This document shows, piece after piece, positions 13,592 to 25,057 of a stretch of DNA of 64,000 nt. Every line of letters starts with the position of its first letter. Position 1 is the stretch's first letter. The notes under the pieces are model-generated. The model was not told where the DNA came from and searched no databases. It worked only from the letters and a program-made list of their open reading frames with translations. Source of the stretch: Marsupella aquatica (Eukaryota > Plantae > Marchantiophyta); the NCBI GenBank assembly GCA_973895155.1, contig OZ316891.1:9797875-9861874 (forward strand). The letters run 5' to 3'. The position numbers and the translations under genes were made by a program.

Positions 13592-13883
13592 CTTGGGGGC
13601 CTCAATCCAAGGGGTGTCCCATATCATGCTCAAAGTTTTGGGGGAATAAACACCCTAAAAGTTAAGTCAATAAAGTTTTAGGAATTGTTTTACCCCTAAT
13701 TTAATGGATTATTCCAAGAATATTCTCATATTTGATTTTAAAAACCCTATGATTCTTATAATTCTCAAAATTGGATTAAAATAACCCTAATGTTCTTCAA
13801 CAAAAATTTAAAAGTATTTCACTAAATCCAATAAAAAAACCTTATACTTATTTGCGTCGGAAGAAAAGAAGTGAGGACCCCGG
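13592..13883. mobile_element. MITE family M copy 3
   Basis: Highly similar to 12743-13038; TSD GTTTGTCTC (13583-13591, 13884-13892). Confidence 0.9.
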
Positions 13884-16800
13884 GTTTGTCTCCTAACGGC
13901 TTATGGTAAAAGAAAATATGGCCCATAGTACTTGGTATTCCCTAAACCCTACCCATTGGTACTTTACTCATACGTGCAATAGTGTGCATTGTACAGCTGA
14001 TGAAAATAATTATTGCCTCAAATTCTTGTTCCGGTGTTCATGTGGAAGGTTTGTAAAAGCTGAAATTTAAAGTTAAAATGATGGGCCCATATTCCCGCTC
14101 AATGAGCATGAGAAAGGGTAAGATTAAGGGCTAATTTCAAAGTGTAAAAGACGGGGACATGAACTAAAAACACGGGGACAACTTAAAAAATATTAAGCAA
14201 CCTTGTAAGTTTGGTCAATCATTGTTTTGCACAAGTAGTTTGTCCTAAACTATCCTCATATGCCAACTTGACATAAGTCCAGACAGATATCAATTAACAA
14301 CATGCAAATTATGACCCTTAACCATAAAACCCAATTAAATGAACCTCAGCATGCCCGACCCTTCATTCCCAAAGCCAAGTGCATATATTGTGGGCTTGTC
14401 ATAGTACAACTTGTTTATGACTTACAGTAGATCAAAGTTAATGTCAATAGGCAACTTAGAGTTTATTTAACTTATAACCCTTATTTATTTAGGGTTTTCC
14501 ATAAGGTGTGTGCAACTTGTTTGCGGTTTTTTAGTTATTGACCACTACATAGATTACACCTAATATTGTCGTTGATTCAATGTGTATCTTTTGCTTAGGT
14601 TCCTTGCATCCAAATCAACCCCTGGACCCTCACTAAGGGAAATGTAATGAGACATACCTGTGACCGAAGGCCCCCCAGGTACCCCTTGTTATATTTTGGA
14701 AGAACATTAAAATGTATCTTGTTCGTTCTAAAAAGAATTTTCAGTCCTATATAAAATTTACCTATGTTATTATAATCAGATAGATTTGAGGATTTAAAAC
14801 ACCCTTCATTTGTTATAAAAAAAATCTTTTGGTAAGAGATTCAATCATGAATGCACATTTTATTTAATGTACCATTAAGTAGCAAGTACACTAAACAAAC
14901 ACATTGCCATATAATATTTGGCAATGTGTGAAAGCCATTGGGGCTTTAGCACACAAACATCTAATTTAAACTACATACGGGACTACATATATCAAAGTTC
15001 CCCAGAAGATTCCAACGAAATCTCACTACAAGACATGCATTAGAGGTGACATTGCACTTAACAAGCCAAATAAGTCATCCACTACTCCCCTCTGTAAAAT
15101 GCCAGACATCTTACTGGGCCATAGATTCTTAATGTTGCTCCATACATATGGGATGGGAGCATTCACTTCTGAAAACTGAGAGCAAATATTACAAATACTG
15201 GAATCACCACACTCAACACAAACCCATTGGGTTTCACTATTGTCCTTCTTGAAATTAGAACCCCCTAATCCACTGGTGTGATGACACGTGGTCCAATGAA
15301 TAAGTGACGGGTGTCATTAGGTATTACCATGGCCCTTCAGTTCATTAACTTTGGTACACATTTTAAAAAACCCTTCACCTCTTCTAATCGGTTGCAAATA
15401 TAAACAAGGACCTTGTTGCTTAGAACGGTGTTATATTATTATTCACGGATTTGATATTTAATACCCATCGGACGTTTGCACGTATGTTTCGTTATTTTGT
15501 AAGCTGAGGGCCCAGGGAAATCAACATGCTTCTTAACCCTCAACTATAGTGTCTCATTAGCACATTTAATAGGTTTTTGTAAAACAAACACTAACATCAA
15601 TGTCATCCAAGTACATTAACCTGTCATACACTATAATGAGTTGTGCAATTCTTTGTGACTTGACTACTTGCAGCCTATGGTAGACATCATTTGTGGAGTA
15701 ATACAAATGCTCCCTAGCTTGTCTTTGGAGTCATAGATAAACAACTTTGGTTTGGTAAGTCCTAAGTGGCCTGGGAGAATCAAGGTTCTTGTCTACGAGA
15801 GTGTGTTTGCAATCTCCCATTTTATGACTAATTACTCAAATTATATGCCCAAATTATTTGCAACTAGCCAAATCAAAAGTCCATAAAAACATCTCGTTTT
15901 TGCCAAACATGTAATTTGCTAGGTTGACACACTCAAGGTAGTCCAAATTCAGAAGTGTCTGGCTTAGTTGTTTTATCCACATTGGCCACAGTCAATTTTG
16001 CGAGGTCCACTTAGTGAATAATATTATAAAATAACTTATTTTAGTTCTAGAGATACGTAATTTCATCAGTTATCAATCATCTCCATCACTTGACCTGATA
16101 TAAGTTGTCACATCATCTTAGAGAGACTACCGACTTGCAACGCGAAAACAAAATGGGGAAAATAAATAATTATTTTTTCTCAAAATTTGAGGGAGAAAAA
16201 CCTTTTTTGAATTTTTTTCACTATGGATGTATGTTTAGTACAAACATCCCATCTCGACAAGGTCTGCCAATACGGATATGAGATTTTGCCACATTGTTTT
16301 TCAAATTTATGTTCTTGGAAAAAAATTGTTTCTTTGGTTTTTTTCTCATTTTTGTTTTGTCCGTATGCCTATCTGAGCGAGGTGAGCCAAAATTGAGTCA
16401 ATGTCAACTGCAGAGCAGATATGCGTGGAGGTGCGAAGGCCCTATCTCACCTACATGACTAAGATTTGGAGGGCTAAAAGATTGATAACTAATATTAGTC
16501 GCTGATAATTGATATCAACAACTGATAATTGATGCAAAAGTTAACTCCTAGTTCTTATCTGTTTCTGAAATTTGGTGAAACAACATGAAAAAACTTTTTT
16601 TGGATTGGACATGATTTTTGCTGTGTTTTTGAAGTTGACCCCCCAGCACTCAGTGAAACTAACCCCGAAACTAACGGCTTAGCACATGCCTAAGTAGGAT
16701 GGGTTCCACTGTTGGGAAGCATCATGATCCACTACCATGTGATATGCTATAAGGGAAGAGATAGGGGAAAAGTCATATTAGCAACACAGCAATCACCTCA

Positions 16801-17796
16801 ACCCAAGCCAAAGGTTTAGGGTACTCTGGGCCTATTGACTGACTATCACCATTAATTATTGGTAAGAGATGTTGGCGGTGAGTTCTAATATGAACCTTGC
16901 AATCTTAAGGGGTTCATTGTGATGGTTGTTTTTGCTTAACAACAAATTTATAAGTGCAGACCCTTGATAGGTTGAGTGAACACTTATTGCTAAGCCTACA
17001 ATCCCGCCAAAACTTACTGAGAAGTCAATGACCCTCTTAAGTAAAGAAGAATCTGCACTTATGAGGTAGGGGACCTAATTTAAGGCAGGGATGCACATTT
17101 AGGGTGGCAGTCATGAGACTATTCACTGATGGAGGATAAATGCACATTTAACAAAGAGATGTAAACCATACACTCTTATCAATGAGTGCACTTATCATGC
17201 AGTGCAAACCCCTTTTTAGTGCACACCCAAACTTCCCCCCAGGTATTTGCACTTGGAGAGAGACTACTGGCTGTTCTTGTAATACATTTTGGCACCTTGC
17301 CAATGTTTTTCATTGCAAGCATACATCCATAAACAGTATTGTTGGACCCCTTGACAACCACATTGGGGGCCACAGTGTGTAACAGTCATGTAAAGATGCC
17401 ACTTGAAAGAATGCTTTTGCAAAAGTAAGGCAACGTTCAGTTTTGGAACAATGTGCCATTTTTGAATATCTTGTACAAAAACTAGGTAGCAAATTTGCCT
17501 GAAATTCATACAGTTATGGGTAATGTGATATATTGAATGATCAACAGGTGTCTGGGACTTGATTTCCCTTACAAACTGTCTGGATCCAAGCTGCAACAAC
17601 ACATTGTGAAACTCTCCTTTTAGGTCTCATTTTTGGCTGCACTGACAACAGAGCATTCCACAACAACATAGTTACATGTCTATGTCTCATCAGAAAAGCA
17701 AGCAAACACTTTAGAAACAAGTTTCTAAAGTGTTGCAAGTAAACTAAGCAAAGAAGTAGACAACATCAAATAGCAGAAACTTCTATTGAATTGAAG

Positions 17797-17868
17797 GAGC
17801 TCAAAATCATGCAAGGTGAGCTCAAAATCATGCAAGGTGAGCTCAAAATCATGCAAGGTGAGCTCAAA
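17797..17868 (+). repeat. Perfect 21-bp tandem repeat x3.4 (GAGCTCAAAATCATGCAAGGT)
   Basis: Three identical units plus a partial one; translates as ELKIMQG heptads in one frame. Confidence 0.95.
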
Positions 17869-20079
17869 CAAAAGTTGTGCAGGTCGTAGCCTTTGTAGGG
17901 GAGAACTTCAAAGAAAACTTCTGGAAAAAAAACCAAGATGCTCGAACTGCAAATGTAGAGGACCAGGATAGACACGGCGCTGTGTAGTTGCTTGAATGCT
18001 TGACCTAAGATAAGAACTGGATAGAAGATACACAACCGCACTGAGCATAGAAGCTCTTTATCAATTGTAGTGTCCATCCCGTGCTGGAAGATCCATCTCC
18101 TTACTTCACGCACTTCAATCTTGATCGTTATCTCTTGTTACTCTTGGCGTTATCTCTCCGGATCCTCCTCGATTGGTTGCTGAGCGCCAAACCTCCATGG
18201 CAGTGCGCAAAGTTGTCCTCCATGGCAGCGCCCACGAAGTGTCTTGGAGCTCACTGCAGTGTAGCTAGAACACAAGAACTCTGGGTGACTTTAGAATAAA
18301 ATCACTTTTAAAAACATTAGCGTACTTTCACCCGGTAAACAAACATGGAAAAGTCCATATCGGGTTCAAACCTCTTCTTGCCCGCATTTTGGCACTTTAC
18401 GGAAAACTCTAAAGTACAACACTTTCTGCAACGAACAAAGTCATGCAAACACAAAACTTCCACAATGCATAATGACCTTTTGTGCAAATGTACTGGGTGT
18501 TCAGCTACTAACAATCATAAATTTTAGTTGGACTAGTTTAGCCCAAATCCACACCACCTCTCAATGCTCAATATATATTCCAACTAATTCAATACAATTC
18601 TGTTAAGCATGTTTAGAGAAGTTTCATTTGAACCATTTCCCTTTGTTGCCCCTCCCCTTTCCTTTACCCCCTCCTCCCCTATGATTCACTTCCCTGCTGG
18701 TTCACTTTGTGTGGGTGTGCAGGAACTATCCCCTTACAAATGGCCACTTGCAAGCCCCTCATGGAGAATCTAGTGCTCAAAACTCCTTAATGAATTGGGT
18801 AACCCCTTGAACAAAACCGTGGTTTATGCATGCCATTTTACTTTGTATGCTGATCTGAGGCATTTTGGGGGTGGTGGCCCAATGCTCACCATAAGATGAG
18901 ATAGTAAAGTAAGAGATGGATCCAGGACCTTTTCTTCAAATATTTTTTCCAGCAGTAAGTGCAAAACCCAAACCCCAAAAATCTCCAGGCAAAGTTTTAA
19001 TATGTACAATTGAGCAACCTACAAATGAATATTTATGTAGTAGAAATTATTGGTAGTTTGTTCGGTGAATGGCCATCACATATAGAGGCTGAACATTTGA
19101 ACAACAAACCATGAAGGCTCAAAAAGAAATCATGCAAAGTTTTAGATGGGATGGGTTCATTGGACAGCAAAACTGTGGATAACTAGTTTGGGTGAGCTAC
19201 ACAAGGCCATTAAATCAAGAAAATGAGGATGTAGAAGAGGGAAAATGAGGATTTCACTCTTGAGTCTTACTTATAAAGCACAAACCCCAAGCTAGAGTTG
19301 AGGTCTAGGTTTCTAGAGTGAAGCCTCCAGACCGTAACCCTATCACATGATTGAATGGAAAGACTCATGGGTATGATGTTGTCAAATGATGATCATGCAT
19401 GCTTTTTGTCACGGTTTCTATTTACATTCAAAGAATGGGCATCCAGGCTCATGTTCCAACATACCCAAAACACCTGATCTTTGGAGTGCACTTGTCCACG
19501 AATGCACACAAAATCATTATGGTAGTACACCCTACAAGAATTTACTAACATGACTCATCCCTAATGGGTGCACAAGATTGACCATTAGATCTTTGGGCAC
19601 AAGATTGACCATTAGATCTTTGTACATCCGTGCCTCATGCTTATATTATGGTACACTTCATGTACAATTAGCAATACTTTATACTTTGGAAATTTGAGGG
19701 GTACATCCTTGGATGTTCTGGAGAACTTAAGAGAGAATCATATTCATGATCATGATTTAACCATTCTAATAATGGGAAGAGAACATACTATTTGGTTTTG
19801 TTCAATATGGCAATCTCCAACACGTTCTGAAGTTCTGCAAATGTGCTAAAACCACACTGATAGATATCAAAATCACGAAGGTATGGCAGGTCAGAAGGCA
19901 ACGAGGGGAGAAAGGATGGATTTGGGTCCCAACGGAAGGATAGGGTATGGGGATCTGCCCATCCAGGCTCTTCATCGTAGGGCCATGCCAGGCTCGGGGT
20001 GGGGCTGAGCAGAAAGGAGAGAATTAGGAGGAGAGAAGAAAGGGAGTTGAGAGGGATAGTGAGAGCAGTCTAAGAACTC

Positions 20080-20520
20080 ATTGTCACTCTGGTTTTATTT
20101 TGGCAACAAAGAGGGAGTGTGAGAGGGTGGTTGAACCCAGTCCCTTCAAAACTCTTCTGGTGATATTTTGGCCAAAGGGAGGGACGCTAGGGAATGTGAG
20201 GGCAGCCAGAGCAGGTCACTGGCTCTGGCCCTATTTTGGCACAAGATAGGGAGTTCAGATTGTGTGGAGGGCAGTCGATCTAGGTCTCATTGAAAGTCTG
20301 GTCCTGTTCTGGCAACAAAGAGTGAGTTCAGAGGGGCGGCCAAACTGAGTCCCCTTGAAACTCCACTCCTATTTTGGCAACTACAGCACGAGGTTTGTCT
20401 AAGACGAGAGGGAGTTTGGAGGGGTTTGGAGGGGGAGGTCAGTGAGGGCAGTCCTACTGTAGGCGTCGAACAAGCCGGTCCCATTGAAACTCCCCGGCCC
20501 TAGTTTGGCAGTGCTCGAAA
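20080..20520 (+). repeat. Degenerate ~70-bp tandem array upstream of the HAC gene
   Basis: Recurring TATTTTGGC..GAGGGAGT..GAGGGCAG..GTCCC(A)TTGAAACTC modules near 20095, 20164, 20231, 20305, 20370 and 20500. Confidence 0.65.
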
Positions 20521-20544
20521 AGTGGCGTGAGTCGAACCAGACAG

Positions 20545-21648
20545 GGGGGGGGGAGGGGGGCTCTCTGCACAGGCAGCCAGAGCCCAGAGAAGCCAGTCCA
20601 AGCCGAGCCCAGCCAAGCCAGACCAGACCAGAGCAGGCCAGTCAGCCAGCGAGCAAAGTAAGCCAGCCAGGAGGCAGAGGATGCCACTAGTAGAGGACGG
20701 AAGGCGAGGGCAGGAGACAGACACACAGAGAGGGAGAGAGAGAGAGAGAGGTAAGGAGGGGTGGACGGGAGGGGGAAGGGGGGCAATTCATTCATTTCTA
20801 TTCTAGTGTTTCCGACGACGGTATTGGTATTGTTGGCGCAGGAAATACAGGGCTCCCAAGCAAGTCGGGGCAAGTAGTCGGGCTCTCGTCTGTACTCTCT
20901 CGTTCGCCGGGGTTGGGTTGCGTTTCGCAGACTTTCGCGATTTTTTCGTCGGAACGGAGGGAGGAAAGATAGCGAGAAAGGAAGGAAGGAAGGTCGGGGC
21001 AGGGGTGGTGGGGGTGGGGGGTGGGGAAAGGGAAGGGAGGGGGGGGGGAGGGGGGGCCTTAATACTGCACATGATACGTGGTATGGTGTGGTCCTCTTTG
21101 CCCCTGGAGTTGTTCTTGACTGGCTTCGTTCTGACATCTTTTGATCAATGCCCAGCAAGGGAGGCTAAGTTGGGGAGCAAGTTCATCTCTTTTGGGGGAA
21201 GCGTGATTTGGTCAGTTCTACATCAGACCCGTGACACAATTTCTCTCCCTATTCGCTTCGTTTCACACAGCCCACTGATTTTCTGCTAACAGCGCTTCAT
21301 ATTCTTGCAGAGTATTGACTAGGAACCCGGAAGGCAGGTGTAGAAGCTCTCATGGAACGAGGTTGCCAGGGGAACGTTTGATCCGGCAGTAGATTATGCC
21401 GTGCCTTCGGATTGGATGCATATCAGTTCCCGAGTCAGCATCAATTCTGCCCCAGTGCCGACGGGCATGGGTTGAATTCGGTTTTTGATAAGAGCAGAAA
21501 CTGTATTCTGCAATAGGAAGGGCTAGGAATGGAGCCATTTTTCCACTCAAACAGGGAAAGAACGATGTAGTAAGCTTTGATGGAATGGATTGGTACATTA
21601 ATCAGAGGATAGGGACGCTGAGAATTGGAGGCCAGTAGGTGGATAGAG
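20545..21648 (+). promoter_or_regulatory. Putative promoter and 5' UTR of the HAC gene: GA/G-rich tract, G4 motif, 5'-UTR intron (~21081-21310), uORF cluster
   Basis: (GA)n and G-runs at 20545-20783; G4-type runs at 20996-21056; donor G|GTATGG at 21081; acceptor TTGCAG at 21310; several upstream ATGs at 21352-21590. Confidence 0.55.
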
Positions 21649-24135
21649 ATGCAGGCCCAAACACATGTTCCAAATCCAGGTCTAGGGTCCCGGATGGCTC
21701 AGTCCAATGGGAGCTCTCTTCAAATAGGTAGTGGAGGGGTTCCTGCATGGCGCAAGACCTGGCAAACAGATACTGATGTTGCTCTTCGCCGAACAGTGGT
21801 CGACAACATGTGAGTTACCCCGACATTCAGCTAGTAGCCTTCAGTCCATGACTGGAGAAACTCTTTGTATGAAAGTGTTTGGTGAATTTTGAATCGTAGA
21901 ATGTCAGAATCAGATTGGCCTGAAACTACAAATCGGGGAATTGATCTTCGCGTTGTTCCTGCTTTGGTGGAGATTTCATTGTTATCAGGTTATCAACTAC
22001 AGGTGGCTTATCTAAGTTGTTCTATACCTATGATGTTAGGGTAGACCAGTATCTGTTTGTACCCTAATCTCCTAGCACATAAGGTTGATATTGAACGATC
22101 TTCATGAATGTTGTACCGCAAGGAATCTGCAGAGGTCCTGGGGTATGAGAGGGGGCTTTTGTGCAGGAAACATGAACCTTGTGATTGGTATCGAAAATCG
22201 TAGCTGATAAACCCAATGAATCTGCAGCCTGTTAGTTCCTCACCCTGGATTCCTTCTGAACTGCATTTACGTTGACCTTGCTCTTTGGTTGACTCTTTGA
22301 GCTTTCCACCACAGTTTGCAGCTGTTCCAAAAGCGACGTCCAGTTACTGCAGAGTGGCAGCAAAAGCTACCCGATTTCGTAAAGCGATTGGAAGAGGCAC
22401 TGTATCGCAGTGCAGCAACTAAGGTCGGTGTGTGTTTGAGCTGTATGTGAAGTCTTGCGTCTCAAGGCTTTTGACTAGCCCATAATTTCTCCATTTCTTT
22501 TATTGTAGTGCTGCAGACGTTAAGGTTATGATTATCAGGGTAGATTTAGAGACATATAGAGATCCACTGAAAGTGTTTGCAAGTAGGGAAAGATCTAGTG
22601 TAGTCCTTTGAATAGAGGAACGGTTTTCATGACCAGTTCTAACTAGGCACACCTGTTTCCACCTGTTCTGGAGTTTGTTCTCTGCTTGACGTGGACGGTT
22701 TTTTGCTACTCTGATTTCTTCCTTCCATGTCTGGATGAACTGTCCTTGTTTGTTCTGGAGGTTTTTGAACCAAGCCTCATACTGAGACACATGAAATATA
22801 ATGATACTCCTCATTAGGCTTCAGAGAACTGCTTTCGAAGACAGCGACCACTGTATTCTTCCTTCCACAGCGTGATTAGTATTGAACATCCCCAGAGCAG
22901 CAAATGAAAGTTTCTATGTCAAATCATAGTGAATGAAGCAATCCAAATAGAGGAGGATGAAGCCCGCAGTATCTCCTCCTGGTCTTTTTACCTGTCCGTC
23001 CTTATATCTCGTGATTGGGCTTATGTTGTGGAAAGTTTCTATGTCAAATCATAGTGAATGAAGCAATCCAAATAGAGGAGGATGAAGCCCGCAGTATCTC
23101 CTCCTGGTCTTTTTACCTGTCCGTCCTTATATCTCGTGATTGGGCTTATGTTGTGGATTTGAAGACATCTAGATCACGGTCCTTCTATCTAACGTTGTGA
23201 ACTCTCTCATATGTAATTCTTAGGAGGAGTATGCTGATCAGAACACTCTCGAAAGTAGACTTCAGACTGTGGCAAAGCGAATGTCAAGTGGAAATCAGCG
23301 CGCACCACAACATGGATCCCAAACGATGTCGTCCTCGCTTGGGAACATGATGCCAACTCCTGGATCAACCATGATTCCTACTCCAGGAGGGAACATGGCG
23401 GTTTCCGGGGTTGTTAGTGGTATGATGCCGACTCCTGGCAGTGCAGTTACTATGGTTCCTACACCTGGGGCAGTCAGCAATATGATTCCAACCCCAGGAG
23501 GCATGAGTAGCATGATGCCTACGCCAGGACATTCAAATTCTATGCTTCCTAGCATGAATAACATGATGTCATCATCCGGGAAGGTAAACAACATGATGGC
23601 TCCCTCTGGAAATGGAAGCATGATGATGGGTCCTGGACCGAGCATGAATTCAATGTTTAGTGGTTCAGGTAATATGATTCCTACTCCTGGGGCAAGCGGG
23701 AATTCACTCGTTTCACAACAGGGAATGGGGGGCATGAGGTTGACTCAGAATGGACATCTGGGTATGAGCATGGGGGTCCAACCTCAGGGAAGCCAGATGA
23801 TTCCCACACCAGGTCTTACAACGGCCCAGAGTATTGGTATGAATCAAGCATCGTCTCCAGGACTTGCGATGCCAAATGTAACAGCTGCACCGCTTCAACA
23901 GCAGTCTCAGTCTTTTACGTCAGCGCCTAACGTGTACCGGAACTTGAACAACATGGTACAGCAACGAAAAATTGCCCTGAACCCAGCCAATGGTATGAGT
24001 AATGGCATGCAGATGATGGGAGGCAATCAGCACCTTATGAATGGCAATGCTACTATGCATAACCAGACCAATTATTTGAATAACCAGCTCTCAAGTATGC
24101 AAGTGCAATCCCAGCAGCAGCAGCAGCAGCAACAA

Positions 24136-24184
<49 letters not shown>

Positions 24185-25024
24185 TACAGCGGGCAAATCA
24201 CCAGCGACAACAACAGATGCGAATGCAGAGTACGTCACTTTCCTTGCGTTTTCACCTGGGATGTCGTTAAAGTTCCTTAGGAAATAATTTGATTGAGTAA
24301 AAGAAAGCATTTTGCGAATAATTTCATGTCCGGGGATCGATACTGGCAGCAGTAGATAAATCAATCAACAAAGTAGGTCAGACATTTTTGATGATTGTAG
24401 CACAACATGTAACCGATGTAGTTACTTTCTTTCCCAGTGGGTAATGCGTTTGTTGTTTTGCTTTTGAGCTGAGGTATTCTTCTCTTTGTTGTACACAGCT
24501 TCAATGGCAAATCCGATGGTTTCAATGAGTGAAAGCTATGCCATGAATGCAGCTGACCTGGCTGGATCAGGTACTTTATATCCTCCAGTTTCATCTGGAG
24601 GTTTGACTACCAACAGCCTAAGCATGAATGCCAATGGCTCACAACCGGCTAAAATGATTCCAGTCCCTGGTTTGCCATCCCCACTGCAAAATTCATCACA
24701 CTTGCAGCCGGCAAGTCAACCTCAGCAACTGCAGCGGAGCAACTTCTCACAGAATTCCTCTATGGCTAGGAATCAGCTGCAGCAGCAGCAGCAACTGCAA
24801 ATTCCAAAGAGCCAGGGCATGTACCAATCAATGCCATCTCCGAATCTTTCATCACAGAAACTGTCTGGAAGCTTACCAATGGACCAGTCACAACAGCCGT
24901 CCCCCACGCATAAGATGCCTCTGCCAATGGGTCGCCCAATGTTTGACACACTATCACCGTCGTCACAGTTGCCGCAGTTGCAGCGTCAACAACCTGTTTC
25001 AATGCAACAACAACAATTGAACAT

Positions 25025-25057
<33 letters not shown>

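Noticed and set aside
17179-17738. Cys/His/Trp-rich short ORFs
   Set aside because: Probably TE debris, but I could not assign any motif with confidence.
20454-21158. 234-aa minus-strand ORF
   Set aside because: Low-complexity translation of the G/GA-rich promoter, with a non-ATG start.
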